Source of the DNA: Eledone cirrhosa
Taxonomy: Eukaryota
DNA length: 64,000 nt
Assembly (NCBI GenBank): GCA_964016885.1
Contig: OZ024740.1
Location: forward strand, 15,500,001 to 15,564,000
Direction of reading: 5' to 3'
The translations under genes and the position numbers were made by a program. Positions 52,201 to 64,000 of this stretch are shown here, in pieces. Below the pieces are notes generated by a model, which was not told the origin of the DNA, searched no databases, and saw only the letters and a list, made by a program, of their open reading frames with translations. Every line of letters begins with the position of its first letter. Position 1 is the first letter of the stretch.

Positions 52201-55200
52201 AATACAGTAGTTCCCAGCCCAGGTATGTCTATATTATATAATATAGTAGTTCCATGCCAAGGTATGTCTATATAATACAGTAGTTCCCAGCCCAGGTATG
52301 TCTATATAATACAGTAGTTCCCAGCCCAGGTATGTCTATATAATACAGTAGTTCCCAGCCCAGGTATGTCTATATAATACAGTAGTTCCCAGCCCAGGTA
52401 TGTCTATATAATACAGTAGTTCCCAGCCCTGGTATGTCTATATTATATAATACAGTAGTTCCCAGCCAGGTATGTCTATATAATACAGTAGTTCCCAGCC
52501 CAGGTATGTCTATATAATACAGTAGTTCCCAGCCCAGGTATGTCTATATAATACAGTAGTTCCCATCCCAGCTATGTCTATATAATACAGTATTTCCCAG
52601 CCCAGGTATGTCTATATAATACAGTAGTTCCCAGCCCAGGTATGTCTATATTATATAATATAGTAGTTCCATGCCAAGGTATGTCTATATAAGACAGTAG
52701 TTCCCAGCCCAGGTATGTCTATATATTACAGTAGTTCCCAGCCCAGGTATGTCTATATAATATAGTAGTTCCATGCCAATGTATGTCTAAATAATACAGT
52801 AGTTCCCAGCCCAGGTATGTCTATATAATACAGTAGTTCCCAGCCCAGGTATGTCTATATAATACAGTAGTTCCCTGCCCAGGTACGTCTATATAATACA
52901 GTATTTCCCAGCCCAGGTATGTCTATATGATACAGTAGTTCCCAGCCAAGGTATGTCTATATAATACAGTAGTTCCCAGCCCAGGTATGTCTATATAATA
53001 CTGTAGTTCCCATCCCAGGTATGTCTATATAATACAGTAGTTCCCAGCCCTGGTATGACTATATAATACTGTAGTTCCCAGCCCAGGTATGTCTATATAA
53101 TTCAGTAGTTCCCAGCCCAGGTATGTCTATATAATACAGTAGTTTCCAGCCCAGGTATGTCTATATTATATATTACAGTAGTTCCCAGCCCAGGTATGTC
53201 TATATAATACAGTTGTTCCCAGCCCAGGTATGTCTATATTATATAGTAGAGTAGTTCCCAGCCCATGTATGTATATATAATACAATAGATCCCAGCCCAG
53301 GTAAGTCTATATAATACAGCAATTCCCAGCACAGGTATGTCTATATTATATAATACAGTACTTCCCAGCCCAGTTATGTCTATATAATATAATACAGTAG
53401 TTCCCAGCCCAGATATGTCTATATTATATAATACAGTAGTTCCCAGCCCAGGTATGTATATATAATACAGTAGTTTCAAGCCCAGGTATGTCTATATTAT
53501 ATAATACAGTAGTTCCCAGCCAGGTATGTCTATATAATACAGTAGTTCCCAGCCCAGGTATGTCTATATAATACAGTAGTTCCCAGCCCAGGTATGTCTA
53601 TATAATACAGTAGTTCCCAGCCCAGGTATGTCTATGTTATATAATACAGTAGTTCCCAGCCCAGGTATGTCTATGTTATATAATACAGTAATTCCCAGCC
53701 CAGGTATGTCTATATAATACAGCAGTTCCCAGCCCAGGTATGTCTATATAACATAATACAGTAGTTCCCAACCCAGGTATGTCTATATAATACAGTAGTT
53801 TCCAGTCCAGCTATGTCTATATAATACAGTAGTTCCCAGTCCAGGTATGTCTATATAATACAGTAGTTACCAGCCCAGGTATGTCTATATAATACAGTAG
53901 TTCCCAGCCCAGGTATGTCTATATAATACAGTAGTTTCCAGCCCAGGTATGTCTATATTATATAATACAGTAGTTCCCAGCCCAGGTATGTCTTTATAAT
54001 ACAGTAGTTTCCAGCCCAGGTATGTCTATATTATATAATACAGTAGTTCCCAGCCCAGGTATGTCTATATAATGCAGTAGTTCCCAACCCAGGTATGTCT
54101 ATATAATACAGTAGTTCCCATCCCAGGTATGTCTATATAATACAGTAGTTCCCAGCCCTGTTATGTCTATATAATACAGTAGTTCCCAGCCCAGGTATGT
54201 CTATATATTACAGTAGTTCCCAACCCAGGTATGTCTATATAATACAGTAGTTCCCATCCCAGGTATGTCTATATAATACAGTAGTTCCCAGCCCAGGTAT
54301 GTCTATATTATATAATACAGTAGTTCCATGCCAAGGTATGTCTATATAATACAGTAGTTCCCAGCCCAGGTATGTCTATATTATATAATACAGTAGTTCC
54401 ATGCCAAGGTATGTCTATATAATACAGTAGTTCCCAGCCCAGGTATGTCTATATTATATAATACAGTAGTTCCCAGCCCAGGTATGTCTATATAATATAG
54501 TAGTTCCCAGCCCAGGTATGTCTATATAATACAGTAGTTCCCAGCCCAGGTATGTCTATATTATATAATACAGTAGTTCCCAGCCCAGGTATGTCTATAT
54601 AATACAGTAGTTCCCATCCCAGGTATGTCTATATTATATAATATAGTAGTTCCATGCCAAGGTATGTCTATATAATACAGTAGTTCCCAGCCCAGGTATG
54701 TCTATATAATACAGTAGTTCCCAGCCCAGGTATGTCTATATTATATAATATAGTAGTTCCATGCCAAGGTATGTCTATATAATACAGTAGTTCCCAGCCC
54801 AGGTATGTCTATATATTACAGTAGTTCCCAGCCCAGGAATGTCTATATAATACAGTAGTTCCCAGCCCAGGTATGTCTATGTATTACAGTTGTTCCCAGC
54901 CCAGGTATGTCTTTATAATACAGTAGTTCCCAGCCCAGGTATGTCTATATAATACAGTAATTCCCATCCCAGGTATGTCTATATTATATAATACAGTAGT
55001 TCCCAGCCCAGGTATGTCTATATATTACAGTAGTTCCCAGCCCAGGTATGTCTATATAATATAAGTAGTTCCCAGCCCAGGTATGTCTATATAATACAGT
55101 AGTTCCCAGCCCAGGTATGTCTATATAATACAGTAGTTCCCAACCCAGGTATGTCTATATAATACAGTAGTTCCCAGCCCAGGCATGTCTATATAATACA

Positions 55201-58200
55201 GTAGTTCCCAGCCCAGGTATGTCTATATAATACAGTAGTTCCCAGCCCAGGTATGTCTATATATTACAGTAGTTCCCAGCCCAGGTATGTCTATATAATA
55301 CAGTAGTTCCCAGCCCAGGTATGTCTATATATTACAGTAGTTCCCAGCCCAGGTATGTCTATATATTACAGTAGTTCCCAGCCCAGGTATGTCTATATAA
55401 TACAGTAGTTCCCAGCCCAGGTATGTCTATATAATATAGTAGTTCCCAGCCCAGGTATGTCTATATACTACAGTAGTTCCCATCCAAGGTATGTCTATAT
55501 AATACAGTAGTTCCCAGTCCAGGTATGTCTATATTCTATAATACAGTAGTTCCCAGCCCAGGTATGTCTATATTATATAATACAGTAGTTCCCAGCCCAG
55601 GCATGTCTATATAATACAGTAGTTTCCAGTCCAGGTATGTCTATATTCTATAATACAGTAGTTCCCAGCCCAGGCATGTCTATATAATATAGTAGTTCCC
55701 AGCCCAGGTATGTCTATATTATATAATACAGTAGTTCCCAGCCCAGGTATGTCTATATAATACAGTATTTCCCATCCAAGGTATGTCTATATAATACAGT
55801 AGTTCCCAGCCCAGGTATGTCTATATAATATAATACAGTAGTTCCCAGCCCAGGTATGTCTATATAATACAGTAGTTCCCAGCCCAGGTATGTCTATATA
55901 ATACAGTAGTTCCCATCCCAGGTATGTCTATATAATACAGTAGTTCCCAGCCTAGGTATATCTATATTATATAATAAAGTAGTTGCCAGCCCAGGTATGT
56001 CTATATAATACAGTAGTTCCCAGCCCAGGTATGTCTATATTATATAATACAGTAGTTCCATGCCAAGGTATGTCTATATAATACAGTAGTTCCCAGCCCA
56101 GGTATGTCTATATTATATAATACAGTAGTTCCCAGCCCAGGTATGTCTATATAATATAGTAGTTCCCAGCCCAGGTATGTCTATATAATACAGTAGTTCC
56201 CAGCCCAGGTATGTCTATATTATATAATACAGTAGTTCCCAGCCCAGGTATGTCTATATAATACAGTAGTTCCCATCCCAGGTATGTCTATATTATATAA
56301 TATAGTAGTTCCATGCCAAGGTATGTCTATATAATACAGTAGTTCCCAGCCCAGGTATGTCTATATAATACAGTAGTTCCCAGCCCAGGTATGTCTATAT
56401 TATATAATATAGTAGTTCCATGCCAAGGTATGTCTATATAATACAGTAGTTCCCAGCCCAGGTATGTCTATATATTACAGTAGTTCCCAGCCCAGGAATG
56501 TCTATATAATACAGTAGTTCCCAGCCCAGGTATGTCTATGTATTACAGTAGTTCCCAGCCCAGGTATGTCTTTATAATACAGTAGTTCCCAGCCCAGGTA
56601 TGTCTATATAATACAGTAGTTCCCAGCCCAGGTATGTCTTTATAATACAGTAGTTCCCAGCCCAGGTATGTCTATATAATACAGTAGTTCCCAGCCCAGG
56701 TATGTCTATATTATATAATACAGTAGTTCCCAGCCCAGGTATGTCTATATAATACAGTAGTTCCCATCCCAGGTATGTCTATATTATATAATACAGTAGT
56801 TCCCAGCCCAGGTATGTCTATATAATACAGTAGTTCCCAGCCCAGGTATGTCTATATAATATAAGTAGTTCCCAGCCCAGGTATGTCTATATAATACAGT
56901 AGTTCCCAGCCCAGGTATGTCTATATAATACAGTAGTTCCCAACCCAGGTATGTCTATATAATACAGTAGTTCCCAGCCCAGGCATGTCTATATAATACA
57001 GTAGTTCCCAGCCCAGGTATGTCTATATAATACAGTAGTTCCCAGCCCAGGTATGTCTATATATTACAGTAGTTCCCAGCCCAGGTATGTCTATATAATA
57101 CAGTAGTTCCCAGCCCAGGTATGTCTATATATTACAGTAGTTCCCAGCCCAGGTATGTCTATATATTACAGTAGTTCCCAGCCCAGGTATGTCTATATAA
57201 TACAGTAGTTCCCAGCCCAGGTATGTCTATATAATATAGTAGTTCCCAGCCCAGGTATGTCTATATACTACAGTAGTTCCCATCCAAGGTATGTCTATAT
57301 AATACAGTAGTTCCCAGTCCAGTTATGTCTATATTCTATAATACAGTAGTTCCCAGCCCAGGTATGTCTATATTATATAATACAGTAGTTCCCAGCCCAG
57401 GCATGTCTATATAATACAGTAGTTTCCAGTCCAGGTATGTCTATATTCTATAATACAGTAGTTCCCAGCCCAGGCATGTCTATATAATATAGTAGTTCCC
57501 AGCCCAGGTATGTCTATATTATATAATACAGTAGTTCCCAGCCCAGGTATATCTATATAATACAGTATTTCCCATCCAAGGTATGTCTATATAATACAGT
57601 AGTTCCCAGCCCAGGTATGTCTATATAATACAGTAGTTCCCAGCCCAGGTATGTCTATATAATACAGTAGTTCCCTGCCCAGGTACGTCTATATAATACA
57701 GTATTTCCCAGCCCAGGTATGTCTATATTATATACTACAGTAGTTCCCAGCCCAGGTATGTTTATATAATACAGTATTTCCCAGCCCAGGTATGTCTATA
57801 TAATACAGTAGTTCCCAGCCCAGGAATGTCTACGTTATATAATACAGTTGTTCCCAGCCCAGGTATGTCTATATTATATAATACAGTAGTTCCCAGCCCA
57901 GGTATGTCTATATAATACTGTAGTTCCCAGCCCAGGTATGTCTATATAATTCAGTAGTTCCCAGCCCAGGTATGTCTATATAATACAGCAGTTCCCAGCC
58001 CAGGTATGTCTACATTATATAATACAGTTGTTCCCAGCCCAGGTATGTCTATATTATATAGTAGAGTAGTTCCCAGCCCATGTATGTCTATATAATACAA
58101 AAGTTCTCAACCCAGGTATGTCTATATAATACAGTAGTTTCCAGCCCAGGTATGTCTATATTATATATTACAGTAGTTCCCAGCCCAGGTAAGTCTATAT

Positions 58201-61200
58201 AATACAGCAAATCCCAGCCCAGGTATGTCTATATTATATAATACAGTAGTTCCCAGCCCAGGTATGTCTATATAATACAGTAGTTCCCAACCCAGGTATG
58301 TCTATATATTACAGTAGTTCCCAGTCCATGTATGTCTATATAATACAGTAGTTCCCAGCCCAGGTATGTCTATATAATATAATACAGTAGTTCCCAGCCC
58401 AGATATGTCTATATTATATAATACAGTAGTTCCCAGCCCAGGTATGTATATATAATACAGTAGTTTCAAGCCCAGGTATGTCTATATTATATAATACAGT
58501 AGTTCCCAGCCAGGTATGTCTATATAATACAGTATTTCCCATCACAGGTATGACTATATAATACAGTAGTTATCAGCCCAGGTATATCTATATTATATAA
58601 TACAGTAGTTCCCAGCCCAGGTAAGTCTATATAATACAGTAGTTCCCAGCCCAGGTATGTCTATATAATACAGTAGTTCCCAGCCCAGGTATGTCTATAT
58701 AATACAGTAGTTCCCAGCCCAGTTATGTCTATGTTATATAATACAGTAGTTCCCAGCCCAGGTATGTCTATATAATACAGCAGTTCCCAGCCCAGGTATG
58801 TCTATATAACATAATACAGTAGTTCCCAGCCCAGGTATGTCTATATAATACAGTAGTTCCCAGCCCAGGTATGTCTATATAATACAGTAGTTCCCAACCC
58901 AGGTATGTCTATATAATACAGTAGTTTCCAGCCCAGCTATGTCTATATAATACAGTAGTTCCCAGCCCAGGTATGTCTATATTATATAATACAGTAGTTC
59001 CCAGCCCAGGTATGTCTATATAATACAGTAGTTCCCAGCCCAGGTATGTCTATATTATATAATACAGTAGTTCCCAACCCAGGTATGTCTATATAATACA
59101 GTAGTTTCCAGCCCAGCTATGTCTATATAATACAGTAGTTCCCAGCCCAGGTATGTCTATATAATACAGTAGTTCCTAGCCCAGGTATGTCTATATTATA
59201 TAATACAGTAGTTCCCAGCCCAGGTATGTCTATATAATACAGCAGTTCCCAGCCCAGGTATGTCTATATAATACAATACAGTAGTTCCCAGCCCAGGTAT
59301 GTCTATATTCTATAATACAGTAGTTTCCAGCCCAGGTATGTCTATATTATATAATACAGTAGTTCCCAGCCCAGGTATGTCTATATTATATAATACAGTA
59401 GTTCCCAGCCCAGGTATGTCTATATTATATAATACAGTAGTTCCCAGCCCATGTATGTCTATATAATACAGTAGTTCCCAGCCCAGGTATGTCTATATTA
59501 TATAATACAGTAGTTCCCAGCCCAGGTATGTCTATATTATATAATAAAGTAGTTCCCAGCCCAGGTATGTCTATATTATATAATACAGTAGTTCCCAGCC
59601 CAGGTATGTCTATATTATATAATACAGTAGTTCCCAGCCCAGGTATGTCTATATAATACAGTAGTTCCCAGCCCAGGTATGTCTATATAATGCAGTAGTT
59701 CCCAGCCCAGGTATGTCTATATAATACAGTAGTTCCCAGCTCAGGTATATCTATATTATATAATACAGTAGTTCCCAACCCAGGTATGTCTATATTATAT
59801 AATACAGTAGTTCCCAACCCAGGTATGTCTATATTATATAATACAGTAGTTCCCAGCCCAGGTATGTCTATATAATACAGTAGTTCCCAGCCCAGGTATG
59901 TCTATATATTACAGTAGTTCCCAGCCCAGGTATGTCTATATTATATAATATAGTAGTTCCATGCAAAGGTATGTCTATATAATACAGTAGTTCCTAGCCC
60001 AGGTATGTCTATATAATACAGTAGTTCCCAGCCCAGGTATGTCTATATAATACAGTAGTTCCCAGCCCAGGTATGTCTATATATTACAGTAGTTCCCAGC
60101 CCAGGTATGTCTATATTATATAATATAGTAGTTCCATGCAAAGGTATGTCTATATAATACAGTAGTTCCTAGCCTAGGTATGTCTATATAATACAGTAGT
60201 TCCCATCCCAGGTATGTCTATATAATACAGTAGTTGCCAGCCCAGGTATGTCTATATAATACAGTAGTTCCCATCCCAGGTATGTCTATATTATATAATA
60301 CAGTAGTTCCCAGCCCAGGTATGTCTATATAATACAGTAGTTCCCAGCCCAGGTATGTCTATATAATACAGTAGTTCCCAGCCCAGGTGTGTCTATATAA
60401 TACAGTAGTTCCCAGCCCAGGTATGTCTATGTAATACAGTAGTTCCCAGCCCAGGTATGTCTTTATAATACAGTAGTTCCCAGCAAAGGTATGTCTATAT
60501 ATTACAGTAGATCCCAGCCCGGGTATGTCTATATTATATAATACAGTAGTTCCCAGCCCAGGTATGTCTATATATTACAGTAGTTCCCAGCCCAGGTATG
60601 TCTATATTATATAATACAGTAGTTCCCAGCCCAGGTATGTCTATATATTACAGTAGTTCCCAGCCCAGGTATGTCTATATAATATAGTAGTTCCCAGCCC
60701 AGGTATGTCTATATTATATAATACTGTAGTTCCCAGCCCAGGTATGTCTATATAATACAGTAGTTCCCAGTCCAGGTATGTCTATATTCTATAATACATT
60801 AGTTCCCAGCCCAGGTATGTCTATATTATATAATACAGCAGTTCCCAGCCCAGGTATGTCTATATTACATAATACAGTAGTTCCCAGCCCAGGTATGTCT
60901 ATATATTACAGTAGTTCCCAGCCCAGGTATGTCTATATAATACAGTAGTTCCCAGCCCAGGTATGTCTATATAATACAGTAGTTCCCAGCCCAGGTATGT
61001 CTATATAATACAGTAGTTCCCAGCCCAGGTATGTCTATATTATATAATATAGTAGTTCCATGCCAAGGTATGTCTATATAATACAGTAGTTCCCAGCCCA
61101 GGTATGTCTATATAATACAGTAGTTCCCAGCCCAGGTATGTCTATATAATATAATACAGTAGTTCCCAGCCCAGATATGTCTATATAATACAGTAGTTCC

Positions 61201-64000
61201 CAGCCCAGGTATGTCTATATAATACAGTAGTTTCCAGCCCAGGTATGTCTATATAATACAGTAGTTCCCAGCCAGGTATGTCTATATTATATAATACAGT
61301 AGTTCCCAGCCCAGGTATGTCTATATAATACAGTAGTTCCCAGCCCAGGTATGTCTATATAATACAGTAGTTCCCAGCCCAGGTATGTCTATATAATACA
61401 GTAGTTCCCAGCCCAGGTATGTCTATATAATACAGTAGTTCCCAGCCCAGGTATGTCTATATAATACAGTAGTTCCCAGCCCAGGTATGTCTATATAATA
61501 CAGTAGTTCCCAGCCCAGGTATGTCTATATAATACAGTAGTTCCCAGCCCAGGTATGTCTATATTATATAATATAGTAGTTCCATGCCAAGGTATGTCTA
61601 TATAATACAGTAGTTCCCAGCCCAGATATGTCTATAAAATACAGTAGTTCCCAGCCCAGGTATGTCTATATTATATAATATAGTAGTTCCATGCCAAGGT
61701 ATGTCTATATAATACAGTAGTTCCCAGCCCAGGTATGTCTATATATTACAGTAGTTCCCAGCCCAGGTATGTCTATATAATACAGTAGTTCCCAGCCCAG
61801 GTATGTCTATATATTACAGTAGTTCCCAGCCCAGGTATGTCTTTATAATACAGTAGTTCCCAGCCCAGGTATGTCTATATAATACAGTAGTTCCCAGCCC
61901 AGGTATGTCTATATTATATAATACAGTAGTTCCCAGCCCAGGTATGTCTATATAATACAGTAGTTCACAGCCCAGGTATGTCTATATAATACAGTAGTTC
62001 CCAGCCCAGGTGTGTCTATATAATACAGTAGTTCCCAGCCCAGGTATGTCTATGTAATACAGTAGTTCCCAGCCCAGGTATGTCTTTATAATACAGTAGT
62101 TCCCAGCAAAGGTATGTCTATATATTACAGTAGTTCCCAGCCCGGGTATGTCTATATAATACAGTAGTTCCCAGCCCAGGTATGTCTATATATTACAGTA
62201 GTTCCCAGCCCAGGTATGTCTATATAATACAGTAGTTCCCAGCCCAGGTATGTCTATATTATATAATACAGTAGTTTCCAGCCCAGGTATGTCTATATAA
62301 TATAGTAGTTCCCAACCCAGGTATGTCTATATAATACAGTAGTTCCCAGCCCAGGTATGTCTATATAATACAGTAGTTCCCAACCCAGGTATGTCTATAT
62401 AATACAGTAGTTTCCAGCCCAGGTATGTCTATATAATACAGTAGTTCCCGGCCCAGGTATGTCTATATTATATAATACAGTAGTTCCCAGCCCAGGTATG
62501 TCTATATAATATAGTAGTTCCCAGCCCAGGTATGTCTATATTATATATTACAGTAGTTCCCAGCCCAGGTATGTCTATATAATACAGTAGTTTCCAGCCC
62601 AGGTATGTCTATATAATACAGTAGTTCCCAGCCCAGGTATGTCTATATAATACAGTAGTTCCCAGCCCAGGTATGTCTATATAATACAGTAGTTCACTGC
62701 CCAGGTATGTCTATATAATACAGTAGTTCCCAGCCCAGGTATGTCTATATAATACAGTAGTCCCCAGCCCAGGTATGTCTATATATTACAGTAGTTCCCA
62801 TCCCAGGTATGTCTATATTATATAATACAGTAGTTCCCAGCCCAGGTATGTCTATATAATACAGTAGTTCCCAGCCCAGTTATGTCTATATAATACAGTA
62901 GTTCAGAGCCCTGTTATGTCTATATAATACAGTAGTTCCCAGCTCAGGTATATCTATATTATATAATACATTAGTTCCCAACCCAGGTATGTCTATATAA
63001 TACAGTAGTTCCCAGCCCAGGTATGTCTATATAATACAGTAGTTCCCAGCCCAGGTATGTCTATATAATAAAGTAGTTCCCAGCCCAGGTATGTCTATAT
63101 AATACAGTAGTTCCCAACCCAGGTATGTCTATATAATACAGTAGTTCCCAGCCCAGGTATGTCTATATAATACAGTAGTTCCCAACCCAGGTATGTCTAT
63201 ATAATACAGTAGTTCCCAGCCCAGGTATGTCTATATAATACAGTAGTTCCCATCCCAGGTATGTCTATATTATATAATGCAGTAGTTCCCAGCCCAGGTA
63301 TGTCTATATAATACAGTAGTTCACAGCCCTGTTATGTCTATATAATACAGTAGTTCCCAGCCCAGGTATGTCTATATAATACAGTAGATCCCAGCCCAGG
63401 TATGTCTCTATAATACAGTAGTTCCCAGCCCAGGTATGTCTATATAATACAGTAGTTCCCAGCCCAGGTATGTCTATAAAATACAGTAGTTCCCTGCCCA
63501 GGTATGTCTATATTATATAATACAGTAGTTCCCAGCTCAGGTATGTCTATATTATATAATACAGTAGTTCCTAGCCCAGGTATGTCTATATAATACAGTA
63601 GTTCCCAGCCCAGGTATGTCTATATAATATAGTAGTTCCCAGCCCAGGTATGTCTATATAATACAGTAGTTCCCAGCCCAGGTATGTCTATATAATACAG
63701 TAGTTCCCAGCCCAGGTATGTCTATATAATACAGTAGTTGCCAGCCCAGGTATGTCTATATAATACAGTAGTTCCCAGCCCAGGTATGTCTATATTATAT
63801 AATACAGTAGTTCCCAGCCCAGGTATGTCTATATAATACAGTAGTTCCCAGCCGAGGTATGTCTATATTATATAATACAGTAGTTCCCAGCCCAGGTATG
63901 TCTATATAATATAGTAGTTCCTAGCCCATGTATGTCTATATAATACAGCAGTTCCCAGCCCAGGTATGTCTATATAATATAATACAGTAGTTCCCAGCCC
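34262..64000. repeat. Satellite array: 34-bp monomer TATAATACAGTAGTTCCCAGCCCAGGTATGTCTA with a 39-bp (+TATTA) variant; runs off the window end
   Basis: Period 34 measured from 34511 to 34545. About 29.7 kb with no interruption seen, i.e. roughly 800-870 monomers. Confidence 0.98.

Noticed and set aside
43672-53479. ORFs encoding (YNIDIPGLGTTVL)n peptides
   Set aside because: Chance frames from runs of 39-bp monomers; the 34-bp monomers break the frame.
34262-64000. CRISPR-like array (repeat length 34-39 bp)
   Set aside because: Monomers are head to tail with no unique spacers, there are no cas genes, and the context is eukaryotic.
34262-64000. Telomeric repeat or strong G-quadruplex array
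   Set aside because: No TTAGGG-type unit, and only two GGG runs per monomer separated by long AT-rich loops.

Overview
AT-rich eukaryotic repeat DNA with no recognisable host gene; the SINE and microsatellite style suggests a cephalopod mollusc (inference). 1-4.3 kb and 26.1-28.4 kb hold Helitron-like non-autonomous repeats, a SINE fragment, a 27/32-bp minisatellite and two fold-back elements carrying hammerhead-ribozyme motifs. 4.3-26.1 kb is a stack of non-LTR retrotransposons separated by (ATT)n runs: two divergent R4/Dong-like RT+RLE families (four copies of family A, two of family B, all minus strand) and one L1/Tx1-like element (plus strand). 28.7-31.8 kb is a decayed RTE element. 32.2-34.2 kb holds Penelope-like remnants (GIY-YIG fragment, two more hammerheads, perfect hairpins). 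34.26-64 kb is a 34/39-bp satellite with nested ~1.8 kb and ~9.5 kb higher-order structure. Most notable: (i) one R4 copy has clustered, strand-specific A-to-G changes resembling a retrotransposed ADAR-edited RNA; (ii) the two divergent R4 families share a ~700-bp 5' leader and also form an A/B chimera; (iii) four unrelated minimal type I hammerheads occur, one in a non-coding ~526-nt retrozyme-like unit. All comparisons were done by eye; boundaries are approximate to a few bases.
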